From NCBI GenBank assembly GCA_003602475.1, contig QQSC01000043.1, positions 20,984-84,983 on the forward strand: a stretch of 64,000 nt of DNA, in the 5' to 3' direction. The stretch comes from Candidatus Poseidoniales archaeon (GTDB lineage Archaea; Thermoplasmatota; Poseidoniia; Poseidoniales; Poseidoniaceae). The position numbers and the translations under genes were made by a program. This document shows, one piece after another, positions 54,316 through 63,800 of this stretch (positions are counted from its first letter, which is position 1; the number at the start of each line of letters is the position of its first letter). Under the pieces are notes generated by a model. It was not told the DNA's origin and did no database searches. It worked only from the letters and a program-made list of their open reading frames with translations.

Positions 54316-56877
54316 ATGTGGGAGGTGACGTTGTGGCTTGCTCTCGTGGCAACCTTCGCTCTCGCTTGGAAGCCTCTTCTCCATCGCACCTCACCCGCAG
54401 CCTCGTTCGCCCTGCACCTTACGCTGGCCCTCCCCTTCTTCACCCTCGCCGGTTTGTTTCTGACCAACACCACCTCCGTGTTGCACGTCGCTGCATTTGG
54501 AGGAGAGGATTTGCCGTTGAAGTACAGATTTGCAGCAACGTGGGCAGCTCGAGAAGGCCCGCTGTTGATGTGGTTGGGCTGGATGGCTCTGTTCGCATGG
54601 TGGTGGCGTGACGCCCTGCCTGGTGAGGACGGTCCTGCAGAAGCGCAGGTCCTGCGGCTAAGAATCGTGCATGGAATGCATTTGACCCTCCTGTTGATCG
54701 CTTTTTCGCTCGACCCGTTCAAAGCCACGCCTCAAGGCTTCCTTGGTGCAGGCCTCAACCCCTTGCTGCAAACCGATTTGATGGTCATCCATCCACCCCT
54801 CATTTTCCTCACCTATTCCATGTGCTTGCACCTTGCCGCCACCGGACTTTCCGCCGCCTCAACCGGCAACACCGACCGGCTGGGACCACGGCTTCTCATT
54901 CAGGCACGTCCGGCCCTCTTGGTGGCTACCCTTGGCATCGGCCTGGGTGGTTTGTGGGCGTACCTCATTCTCGATTGGGGGGGTTATTGGGCGTGGGACC
55001 CTGTGGAAACCGGATCGTTCCTCCCTTGGTTGGCGTTGGCGATGATGGTCCATCTACGCACCCGTCCGGGCAAGACTCCTGACCATGTTTGGGTCGGAGG
55101 GGCCGTTCTAACGGGAGTGCTGTCCTTGTTCGCCACCACCGTTACCCGTGCTGGAGGGGTCTGGGCATCGTCCATTCACACGTTTGTCACCAACGAGGGG
55201 GGCACGCCTCCTAAGGACGTGTTTGGACGACTGATGGAGTTGAGAGTTGACGCAGCGGCGACCGAAGTCATGACGTACGTGGTCTGGATGTTTGTGCTTC
55301 TCGGCACGTGGTTGGCTTTGGTTCGTCGTGATCGCTACGGTTTGCCGTTCTCGTCCCGGGCTCCATGGTACCTCGCGTTGCCTGCCTTGACGGCCTTCGT
55401 CGGATGGTTGGTCATGGATGCCGGGTTGGCTGGGATCTCGTGGTTGGATGTCCCCGGTGTAGTCTTCCTTGTGCCGTTGGTGGTGCCGCTGTTGAGTCAA
55501 CCTCGAAAGCGGGATGTCGTCGTTTCGGCAAATAAGGACGAAGGAGGTGAGGTCCTCGAGGCATCGCATTGGCGGTACGAGGAGTTGACGCCCCTCCCGC
55601 TTCATGTGGTGTTGCCCCTTGTGCTCTTTGGGTTCACCTCCGACCCGTTCATCGCCTTGGTGTTCGCGTTGCTCTTCCATCCGTTGTACACAGCAGATGC
55701 AGCGCTGAAAGCGTGGCCCTGGACGGCAGCAGGCGTGATGTTCGGCCTGGCCATGGCATGGTCGACACTCTTGTCGTTGCCGGAAGCCGCAGGTGTTTTG
55801 CTGGTCTTTGTGCTGCCGTGGATGTTGGCTGAAGGGCAAGCTGATGAGCCCCATGCCGGCTGGTTGAACCGCCGATTCCAAACCAGAGCAGCACTTTGGG
55901 GCAGCGTTGTCCTCGCTGGGTTGTATTTGGTGTTGACATGGGTGCTTTTGCTTTCCAGCATTGATGCCGTGAATTTTGAGGCGCATGAACTCTATGGGGC
56001 GCCGTTTTTGACGGCAGTAGCCGCCTGTTTTATTCTCTATACTCGCCGAAAGGACGACCCACGGCACACCGTTGGTGTGCTGGGGGCGACCTCGGTGGTT
56101 ACGGTGATTGGGATGGTGTTTTTCGCCAACAACCTCGGGGGCGACAGTTCAACATTGGTGTCCGGAGGCCCGCTAAGTCGAGGGCACCTCGCTTGGATTT
56201 CCCTCCCCATGCTGGTCACCGCCCTTCCGTTGGTCGTCAGGGAAGTGGTGGAGCAAGCCAAAAAACCCGGCAAGGCGAAGTGGTGGAAACGGGTACCTGT
56301 AGGGGCACATCTGGTTCACGCAGGCCTCCTCATCTTGCTTTTGGGCCATCTTTCAACGACCGTTTTGGTGGACCGAGGCGATGCCAGTCACCGACTCACT
56401 CTCGTACGGGACGAGATGGTGATCCACCGGGGTTATGGATTCGAATTCACCGACCTCACACTCAGCGACGAGGACTTGGATGTCGGCGACGGCTATGTGG
56501 GCGTCACCATTCTGGTCCATTCGGTGGCGGATGATGGCACGACCGAAAAGATCGGCACGGTCCATCCCGGCACCCTTCGATTTGACCGTCAGGGCGTGGC
56601 CCGCTCGGAAGTGGATACGCTCACCGGGTTGACCGGAGACCTTGTGTTTATTTTTGACGCAAGTCAATCCAGCGGATTGATGCAGCGCGTGCTCTCCGAA
56701 TCGGTGGATGCGGTGGAACTTGTCCGTGTGACCATCTACGTGCTGCCTCATTCTCATGTTGTTTGGGTGGGTTGGGGCACCATGATGGCCGGGATGGCCT
56801 TGGTGACGGCGGCTGGACAACGGCCAACGGACTCAACCGGTCACAACCGTGAGCCTGCGCCAAATGAAGAAGAATGA
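54316..56877 (+). CDS. CcmF-like cytochrome c-type biogenesis (heme lyase) membrane protein
   Basis: WAYLILDWGGYWAWDPVETGSFLPWL is the WGxxWxWD Trp-rich heme-handling motif. The protein has many TM helices and a C-terminal soluble domain followed by a terminal TM helix. Confidence 0.8.
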   Translation: MWEVTLWLALVATFALAWKPLLHRTSPAASFALHLTLALPFFTLAGLFLTNTTSVLHVAAFGGEDLPLKYRFAATWAAREGPLLMWLGWMALFAWWWRDALPGEDGPAEAQVLRLRIVHGMHLTLLLIAFSLDPFKATPQGFLGAGLNPLLQTDLMVIHPPLIFLTYSMCLHLAATGLSAASTGNTDRLGPRLLIQARPALLVATLGIGLGGLWAYLILDWGGYWAWDPVETGSFLPWLALAMMVHLRTRPGKTPDHVWVGGAVLTGVLSLFATTVTRAGGVWASSIHTFVTNEGGTPPKDVFGRLMELRVDAAATEVMTYVVWMFVLLGTWLALVRRDRYGLPFSSRAPWYLALPALTAFVGWLVMDAGLAGISWLDVPGVVFLVPLVVPLLSQPRKRDVVVSANKDEGGEVLEASHWRYEELTPLPLHVVLPLVLFGFTSDPFIALVFALLFHPLYTADAALKAWPWTAAGVMFGLAMAWSTLLSLPEAAGVLLVFVLPWMLAEGQADEPHAGWLNRRFQTRAALWGSVVLAGLYLVLTWVLLLSSIDAVNFEAHELYGAPFLTAVAACFILYTRRKDDPRHTVGVLGATSVVTVIGMVFFANNLGGDSSTLVSGGPLSRGHLAWISLPMLVTALPLVVREVVEQAKKPGKAKWWKRVPVGAHLVHAGLLILLLGHLSTTVLVDRGDASHRLTLVRDEMVIHRGYGFEFTDLTLSDEDLDVGDGYVGVTILVHSVADDGTTEKIGTVHPGTLRFDRQGVARSEVDTLTGLTGDLVFIFDASQSSGLMQRVLSESVDAVELVRVTIYVLPHSHVVWVGWGTMMAGMALVTAAGQRPTDSTGHNREPAPNEEE

Positions 56878-56940
56878 ACCCGCCAATGCAATTATGAAGG
56901 GGGGGCCGGTCGCCGAATCATTCCCTTGGAGGTTACGAGA

Positions 56941-57804
56941 ATGGAAGAAGGAACAATTGTCCATGTTGATTACGAATTGTACAACGATGAAAGCGGCGAC
57001 TTGATTGAGACGACCCGTGAAGACGTGGCAAAGGAGCATGAAATGCACCAAGAAGGCCGCACATACTCACCAATGGTCTGTGTTGTGGGCGCTGGAAACC
57101 TCATTCCCGGTTTCGAAGCCGCACTGGCTGAAGCCAAGGTCGACAAGGAGACCGAAATCAGCATCCAACCTGCGGATGCGTACGGCGAGAAAGACCCCCA
57201 ACAAATCGAAACCATCAGCATCGACAAGTTGATCCGTTCGGTTCAGGATCCCAACGCTCTGTACCTCGGCGCTCCCGTCAACATCAACAACCGACAAGGC
57301 CACCTGTCCTACTTGGCAGCCGGCCGTGCCCGTATTGACTACAACCACCCCATGGCCGGCAAGACCCTGAAGTATTCCTTCAAGATCGTCAAGGTCGTCG
57401 AGGGCAAGGAAGAACAAGTGATGGCTTTGCTTGAATCCAACACCGGTCACAGCGATTTCGGTGTGTCCTTTGACGGCGAAGACCTCAACATCGTGTTGCC
57501 CCAAACCATGCTCTTCGACACCAATGCCGCCATGATGAAGTTCCGATTGGTCACCATCATTCGTGACGCTGTGGAATGCAACAAAGTATCCTTCATTGAA
57601 GTTCACGAACCCCGTGGCTTCGGCGTTCCTGCTGAGGAAGAATCGGACGAGACCGCTGAAGATACTGCAGAAGAGACCGCAACCGATTCGTCGGATGAGG
57701 ACCTCTCGAAGTTGACCGTGGCCGACCTCAAGGCCCGCTGCAAAGACGCAGGATTGGCTGTCGGTGGCAAGAAGGCCGACCTTATTGCTCGTCTTTCCGA
57801 GTGA
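56941..57804 (+). CDS. Long-type FKBP peptidyl-prolyl isomerase (SlyD-like) with C-terminal SAP/HeH motif
   Basis: VHVDYELYN..G.LIETT, VVGAGNLIPGFEAALAEAK, ADAYGE, and IDYNHPMAGKTLKYSFKIVKV. An acidic linker is followed by LSKLTVADLKARCKDAGLAVGGKKADLIARL at 57700-57801. Confidence 0.85.
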   Translation: MEEGTIVHVDYELYNDESGDLIETTREDVAKEHEMHQEGRTYSPMVCVVGAGNLIPGFEAALAEAKVDKETEISIQPADAYGEKDPQQIETISIDKLIRSVQDPNALYLGAPVNINNRQGHLSYLAAGRARIDYNHPMAGKTLKYSFKIVKVVEGKEEQVMALLESNTGHSDFGVSFDGEDLNIVLPQTMLFDTNAAMMKFRLVTIIRDAVECNKVSFIEVHEPRGFGVPAEEESDETAEDTAEETATDSSDEDLSKLTVADLKARCKDAGLAVGGKKADLIARLSE

Positions 57805-57861
57805 CGCTGACCTTCACAACAACGAAAGGCAAGTTGGCTTTCCCAAACAACGGTGGCAGCC

Positions 57862-59238
57862 ATGAGCGAAAGCGACAGTCCGGTAACGTACGAACCGGCT
57901 CTACCGTCTCATCTCTACACGCCAGTTGAAAAAGTGCTGATTTGGTGTTCCTTGGGCCTCTTTATTGCGGCGTGCTCTTCGTTGGTGCTTGCGTACGATA
58001 CCGTTTGGACTGAAACACTTCGGCCAATTATTTGGGACCCCGTCGTTGAAGACGCTGGCCGTGCAGGGGACGCTGGTTACACCCCACAAAACACCGCCAT
58101 CTACACCGGAAGCATGCTGGCCTGTGTGGTTGTGCTCCAAGCCCTGTTTCGTCGCTGGAACCTTCCGTGCGACGACAGAATGACGTTGGCGCTGATCGCT
58201 TGGGTGTGCGTCGCCCCGGTGATGAGGGTGCTCGAGGACGCTGACTTTTTTTCCTCTCAAGCCGATGTGTTGTTTATTTCGCCCATCATTCACCTTCACC
58301 TTGCGGCTTGGCTGATCGGAACGGCTGTGCTGTCGCACATTGCCGCCAGTAAATGGGACGGCAGTCGAAGCGATGCTGCGGAACATGCTCAACGAAACAT
58401 GCTCTTCGCGGTGATGTCCGTGGGCATCATCTTGCAGTGGTGGTGGCTCTACGCTCCCGCCTATGGAGAACATCCTGACGTGTCGTTCGCATGGGGAAGG
58501 GGGGCTTTGGTGCTCGCCGTTGCCTCGTCATGGTTCATGCTGGTCGTAACACGAGGGTGGCCGGCCATCACCAGAGGTCTTCTGAGCTTCGCCGTTGCTG
58601 CAGTTGTGCTCGGAGTGGGGCATTGGGCCCAATTCATGGCCACGCCATGGGCTCAAGAAAGCGGTCGTGTTTCGGGAGACATCACGTTGTGGCCCGTTGT
58701 TGTGGTGTTGGGCATTCCGGCTGCAGTTTGTGTTGCCCTCTACCGAGTTGGACGAGAGGACGCACGGCAGCTCACACTTACCGGACACTTGCCGGGCGTC
58801 ATCCCGGAAGGAATCACCCTCAAGCAATGGGAAGCAGAAGCTGACCAGTGGAAAGATCACCCGGTGGAATTTTTGTCCAATAAAGCGCTGTTGGCGCACC
58901 CCATGGTCCTTGGAATGGTGTTTGGCCAGCTCTGCGACGGCATTGCCACCATGGTTGGCATCGACATGTTCGGCTATGGAGAAAAACACCCCGTAAGCAA
59001 CCAAGTCATTCTCTATGGAGCTGAAATCAACAAAGCGCTCGGGTTGGAACTTGGTGAGGGCGCCTGGTTGTTTGCCTTGGTCAAAGCCATGCTTGTAGGG
59101 CTCATTGTTTGGCTTTTTGCTCAAATGAGAGTGGAAGACCGGCAGCAACACTTCCGTTTGCTCATCGTCCTCGCTGTTCTCATCGTTGGTCTTGCGCCAG
59201 GCCTTCGAGACATTGGCCGATTGATGCTCGGTGTTTGA
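57862..59238 (+). CDS. Polytopic membrane protein (possibly DUF63-like)
   Basis: About 9-10 hydrophobic helices. The segment GIATMVGIDMFGYGEKHPVSN recalls the archaeal DUF63 family, from memory only. Confidence 0.5.
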   Translation: MSESDSPVTYEPALPSHLYTPVEKVLIWCSLGLFIAACSSLVLAYDTVWTETLRPIIWDPVVEDAGRAGDAGYTPQNTAIYTGSMLACVVVLQALFRRWNLPCDDRMTLALIAWVCVAPVMRVLEDADFFSSQADVLFISPIIHLHLAAWLIGTAVLSHIAASKWDGSRSDAAEHAQRNMLFAVMSVGIILQWWWLYAPAYGEHPDVSFAWGRGALVLAVASSWFMLVVTRGWPAITRGLLSFAVAAVVLGVGHWAQFMATPWAQESGRVSGDITLWPVVVVLGIPAAVCVALYRVGREDARQLTLTGHLPGVIPEGITLKQWEAEADQWKDHPVEFLSNKALLAHPMVLGMVFGQLCDGIATMVGIDMFGYGEKHPVSNQVILYGAEINKALGLELGEGAWLFALVKAMLVGLIVWLFAQMRVEDRQQHFRLLIVLAVLIVGLAPGLRDIGRLMLGV

Positions 59239-59313
59239 AGGCTGGCTGAATGGAATCTCGGGACTCGCATGGGATTAAATGCGCGGGGTCCCTCGCCAAG
59301 ATGAGGGCTGAAC

Positions 59314-60924
59314 ATGGACCGATTACCCACCACGGTGAACCGTGCCGACCCTGAATACGAGTCCCGTAAAGCGCACAATGAATCCCTCATCCTTACGCTC
59401 AGGGAGCACCTTGACGCCGGTTCTCAAGGCGGTGGAGGGAAATATGTTGAACGTCATCGTTCGAGGGGTAAACACCTACCAAGGGACCGTATTGAACGAA
59501 TCATCGACCCAGGGACGGCGTTTCTTGAACTCTCTCCGCTCGCCGCCCATGGGCTCTACGACGGTCGAGCACATGCTGCTGGCATCGTCACCGGAATTGG
59601 CATGGTTCACGGACGCGAATGCCTGTTCGTGGCCAACGATGCCACCGTGAAGGGAGGTTCATATTACCCCATGACCGTCAAGAAACACATTCGTGCCCAA
59701 ACCGTGGCCCATGAAAACCATCTTCCGTGCATCTATCTCGTTGATTCTGGAGGCGCTTTCCTCCCCATGCAGGATGAGGTGTTTCCCGACATTGGCCACT
59801 TTGGACGCATCTTTCGGAACCAAGCGAGAATGTCTGGTGACGGCATTCCTCAGGTCGCCGCTGTCTTGGGTTCCTGCACAGCAGGAGGCGCTTATGTCCC
59901 AGCTATGTCCGACGAGTCGATCATCGTCAAGGGCAACGGCACCATTTTCCTCGCAGGACCACCGTTGGTCAAGGCTGCAACCGGTGAAGAAGTCACGGCC
60001 GAAGAATTGGGAGGAGCAGATGTCCACACGGCACAATCCGGCGTGGCCGACCATTACGCAGAGGATGAAGACGAAGCCTTGCGGATGGTTCGCAACGTGA
60101 TCGAGAATCTCGGGCCACGAACGCTCACGCCCATCGCCTCCACTGAAGTGGAGGAACCCGCTCACGACGTGAACGATTTACTGGGACTCATTCCCGCTGA
60201 CAACCGAACCCCCGTCGACATTCGAGAGATCATCGCACGCGTCGTCGACGGCTCGCGATTCCACGAATTCAAAGCACGTTATGGCACAACGCTCGTGTGT
60301 GGTTTTGCTTCCATCCACGGGCAAAAAGTAGGCATCGTCGCCAACAACGGCATCTTGTTTTCCGAATCATCCCAAAAGGGTGCCCATTTTGTTGAACTCT
60401 GCGGTCAACGAGGTATCCCCCTGGTCTTTTTGCAAAACATCACCGGATTCATGGTTGGGAAGGCCTACGAAGCGGGTGGGATTGCGAAGGACGGTGCCAA
60501 ACTCGTTACGGCCGTTTCGTGCGTGAACGTCCCAAAATTCACCGTCATCGTAGGAGGTTCTCACGGGGCTGGAAATTATGGAATGTGCGGACGAGCGTAC
60601 GACCCAAGGTTCCTGTTCATGTGGCCCAACAGCCGCATCAGCGTCATGGGTGGACCCCAAGCTGCAGATGTCCTTACCACGGTCAAGCAGGATCAACGGG
60701 CAAGGGAAGGTCTTGAGCCGTTGGATGGATCCGAACTGGAGGCGTTCCGTGCACCCATCCTCGAAAAATACGAGACTGAAGGAAGCCCCTACTACTCAAC
60801 CGCTCGATTGTGGGACGACGGCATCATCGATCCAAGAGACACTCGTGACGTGCTCGGTTTGTGCTTGGCAGCGTCCCGTAATGCCCCGTTGCCCGACCAT
60901 AAGTTCGGCGTATTCCGCATGTGA
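59314..60924 (+). CDS. Acyl-CoA carboxylase carboxyltransferase subunit (methylcrotonyl-CoA carboxylase beta-like)
   Basis: [51 protein letters not shown], and [33 protein letters not shown]. Confidence 0.88.
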   Translation: MDRLPTTVNRADPEYESRKAHNESLILTLREHLDAGSQGGGGKYVERHRSRGKHLPRDRIERIIDPGTAFLELSPLAAHGLYDGRAHAAGIVTGIGMVHGRECLFVANDATVKGGSYYPMTVKKHIRAQTVAHENHLPCIYLVDSGGAFLPMQDEVFPDIGHFGRIFRNQARMSGDGIPQVAAVLGSCTAGGAYVPAMSDESIIVKGNGTIFLAGPPLVKAATGEEVTAEELGGADVHTAQSGVADHYAEDEDEALRMVRNVIENLGPRTLTPIASTEVEEPAHDVNDLLGLIPADNRTPVDIREIIARVVDGSRFHEFKARYGTTLVCGFASIHGQKVGIVANNGILFSESSQKGAHFVELCGQRGIPLVFLQNITGFMVGKAYEAGGIAKDGAKLVTAVSCVNVPKFTVIVGGSHGAGNYGMCGRAYDPRFLFMWPNSRISVMGGPQAADVLTTVKQDQRAREGLEPLDGSELEAFRAPILEKYETEGSPYYSTARLWDDGIIDPRDTRDVLGLCLAASRNAPLPDHKFGVFRM

Positions 60925-60966
60925 TTTTCCAATTGAGGAATCAAATTTTAAATTGGAGTTTTCTAA

Positions 60967-61827
60967 ATGACAGACCTTCCACCTACAACCCATCTTGTGG
61001 CCCTGACCGTCGAGGGCGCTCAAGCGACATTGACACTTTCTCGACCTGACAAATTCAACGCCCTGAACGTCGCCATGATCAACGAACTCATCGAACTTCT
61101 TGAGTGGACGGCAGACCGCAGTGCGGGGCGAAAAGACGCCCTTCACGACGCCAAGGGGAACCCCTACTTTCGCACGCTGGTCCTTGCTGGCGAAGGCCGA
61201 CACTTCTGTGCTGGTGCGGACATCAACATGATGAGAGATGCAGGAGCCAACACGCCCGAGGAGAACCGTGCCGACTCAGAGCGACTTGATCGATTGTTCC
61301 ACGGCCTTTGGTCGCATCCTTGCTTCACCGTTGGAGCCGTGCAAGGCGTGGCCCTTGGCGGAGGGGCCGGTTTGGTGGCTTGCTGCGATTACGTGGTGGC
61401 CACATCCAATGTTCGCATCGCATTGTCCGAAGGAAAATTGGGCATCCTCCCTGCAGTGATTGGCCCTTACGTCTACCGTCGACTCGGCTCCGCCACGTTC
61501 AGGCGGCTCGCCATGATGGCCAGCAGAGTGGAAGCGGAAGAAGCGCTGCGCATCGGCTTTGTCGAGCGCATTGTGGAGGGCGTAGAAGATCTCAACGAAG
61601 CCGTGAAGGCGGTTGTTGATGAAGTGCTGACCACCGGACCGTCGGCTGTCACCCTTGCAAAGGAATTGACCCTTGGTTTTGACAGGTGGAACGACGACGA
61701 CATCGCCCTGCGAGATTGGACGCTTGACTTCACCAGCAGGATGCGAGGGTCGAACGAAGGGCAAGAAGGCCTCTCCTCGTTCCTCGAAAAACGACCACCC
61801 AACTGGAAACCCGACCCGGAGGCTTGA
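60967..61827 (+). CDS. Enoyl-CoA hydratase/isomerase family (methylglutaconyl-CoA hydratase candidate)
   Basis: LTLSRPDKFNAL, FCAGADINMM, VQGVALGGGAGLVACCD and GLSSFLEKRPP are crotonase-fold motifs. GGAG lies 9 nt upstream of the ATG. Confidence 0.85.
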   Translation: MTDLPPTTHLVALTVEGAQATLTLSRPDKFNALNVAMINELIELLEWTADRSAGRKDALHDAKGNPYFRTLVLAGEGRHFCAGADINMMRDAGANTPEENRADSERLDRLFHGLWSHPCFTVGAVQGVALGGGAGLVACCDYVVATSNVRIALSEGKLGILPAVIGPYVYRRLGSATFRRLAMMASRVEAEEALRIGFVERIVEGVEDLNEAVKAVVDEVLTTGPSAVTLAKELTLGFDRWNDDDIALRDWTLDFTSRMRGSNEGQEGLSSFLEKRPPNWKPDPEA

Positions 61828-61830
61828 ACG

Positions 61831-63333
61831 ATGGAGAAAGTCCTCGTGGCCAACCGTGGAGAAATTGCCTGTCGCGTGCTCCGAGCATGTCGAGAGGCGG
61901 GCATCCAAACGGTGGCGATTTGTGCGGCCAACGATGCAGGGTCCATGTTTCCTGAATTGGCCGATGAGGTCGTGATGCTCCAAGGCGACACCATCGCTGA
62001 AACCTACCTGAACCAATCACAACTTCTCGAAGCCGCTCGTTCCACAGGCGCCCAAGCCATTCACCCGGGATTCGGGTTCCTCTCCGAACGTGCAGATTTT
62101 GCACAAGCTGTCCTCGATGCAGGACTCATCTGGATTGGCCCGTCCCCTCACGCCATCGAGAAGATGGGCGACAAAATGACGGCAAGAAAAACCATGAAAG
62201 CCGCCGGTGTGCCGGTGATTCCTGGTGAAGAAATTGAGCTTGAAGATGAAGCCGCTGCACTCTCCGCCCTCGAAGAAGCCGCCCAAAGGGTCGGCTATCC
62301 GCTGCTGCTCAAAGCGTCCAGCGGCGGTGGCGGCAAAGGCATGCGGGCCGTAACGGAACCGAGCGGGTTTGCTGAGGCTGCAGCGGGAGCCCGCAGAGAG
62401 GCCATTGCTGCCTTTGGCGACGGCCGCATTTACATCGAGCGTCTGCTCACGGGGTCAAAACACATTGAAATCCAGATCATCGCCGACCGAACCGGTCACA
62501 CGGTTCACCTTGGAGAACGAGAGTGCAGCGTGCAACGTCGTCACCAGAAAGTGTTCGAAGAAGCCCCCGGCCCAACGATGACCCCGGCCATTCGGGAAGC
62601 GATGGGTGAAGCCGCCGTGGCGGCCGCCAAAGCCGTCGATTACGAAGGCGCTGGAACCGTCGAATTCCTGTTGGCTCCCAATGGTGAATTCTTTTTCCTC
62701 GAGATGAACACCCGCATTCAAGTTGAACATCCAGTTACTGAGATGGTCACTGGAGTGGACATTGTTCGCGAACAACTCCGAATCGCAGCTGGAGAACCCA
62801 TGTCGTGCGGTACCGTTCAGATGCGTGGCCACGCCATTGAAGTCAGGCTGTATGCTGAAGACCCGGCCAACGGTTTCCTTCCTTCCATTGGCCCTTTAGC
62901 GGTCTTCTGCCCTCCGGAAGGGCCGGGAATTCGCTTGGACACGGGTGTTCGAGAAGGCGACGACGTCACCCCGAACTACGACCCCATGTTGGCCAAGTTG
63001 ATCGTTTGGGCTCCATCACGAGTGGAAGCCCTTGAACGCATGCGCCGTGCTCTGGACGAGTTCGTCGTTTTGGGTACCACGACCAACGTGGCATTCCTTC
63101 GGGACCTCTGCGACAACGAGGATGTGGTCAGCGGGTCAACCACCACCACCACCATTGACGACACCTGGCCCCAAGGTTGGTCACCCGTTGAACACGAGGC
63201 CTTGACACAAGCCGCACTCCTGAGCGCTGCGGCGGGTGAAACCCTTGGCCTTCATCGCCCTTCACGAAGCGGGCCTTCATCAGCGGATGGCCCGAGCAGT
63301 CCCTTCTCCACCTTGAGCAGGAGGTTTCCCTGA
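61831..63333 (+). CDS. Biotin carboxylase (ATP-grasp) subunit of acyl-CoA carboxylase
   Basis: KVLVANRGEIACRVLRA, HPGFGFLSE, GYPLLLKASSGGGGKGMR, ERECSVQRRHQK and EMNTRIQVEHPVTE. Confidence 0.93.
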   Translation: MEKVLVANRGEIACRVLRACREAGIQTVAICAANDAGSMFPELADEVVMLQGDTIAETYLNQSQLLEAARSTGAQAIHPGFGFLSERADFAQAVLDAGLIWIGPSPHAIEKMGDKMTARKTMKAAGVPVIPGEEIELEDEAAALSALEEAAQRVGYPLLLKASSGGGGKGMRAVTEPSGFAEAAAGARREAIAAFGDGRIYIERLLTGSKHIEIQIIADRTGHTVHLGERECSVQRRHQKVFEEAPGPTMTPAIREAMGEAAVAAAKAVDYEGAGTVEFLLAPNGEFFFLEMNTRIQVEHPVTEMVTGVDIVREQLRIAAGEPMSCGTVQMRGHAIEVRLYAEDPANGFLPSIGPLAVFCPPEGPGIRLDTGVREGDDVTPNYDPMLAKLIVWAPSRVEALERMRRALDEFVVLGTTTNVAFLRDLCDNEDVVSGSTTTTTIDDTWPQGWSPVEHEALTQAALLSAAAGETLGLHRPSRSGPSSADGPSSPFSTLSRRFP

Positions 63334-63800
63334 TGCAACACCGCTTCAGCCTCAAAGGTGAAGACGTTGATGTGGCATTGGTTCGCAAGAACGGGGGCCT
63401 GTCGTATCAGGGCCACAGCGTGACCGTTGATGCTCGTGGACGACTCAAGTTGACGTTGGCCGACGGGTCGAGTTGCACGGCCCACGCCGCTAAAGTTGGC
63501 GATGTTTGGTGGGTTCATATGCAAGGGCGCACGTTTGCCCTTGAACGAATCGAACCGGGTGCATCCAGTCAGGACCACGGAGACGGCTTGGTGGCACCCA
63601 TGCCCGGAAAGATTCTCGAAACGCTGGTTAAGGCCGGCGATACGGTGGAAGCAGGTCAGCCCATGATGGTCCTCGAAGCCATGAAGATGGAGCATCGAAT
63701 TGTCGCCGCCCATGCCGGCACCGTTGTGGCGGTGCACTTCCAGAGCGGCGATCAGGTGAATCAAGGCGCCGTCCTTCTTGAACTCGAAGATACCAATTAA
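63333..63800 (+). CDS. Biotin carboxyl carrier (biotinyl/lipoyl domain) protein
   Basis: APMPGKILETLVKAGDTVEAGQPMMVLEAMKMEHRIVA contains the biotinylation motif EAMKM. The ATG overlaps the TGA of the carboxylase gene (TGATG). Confidence 0.85.
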   Translation: MQHRFSLKGEDVDVALVRKNGGLSYQGHSVTVDARGRLKLTLADGSSCTAHAAKVGDVWWVHMQGRTFALERIEPGASSQDHGDGLVAPMPGKILETLVKAGDTVEAGQPMMVLEAMKMEHRIVAAHAGTVVAVHFQSGDQVNQGAVLLELEDTN

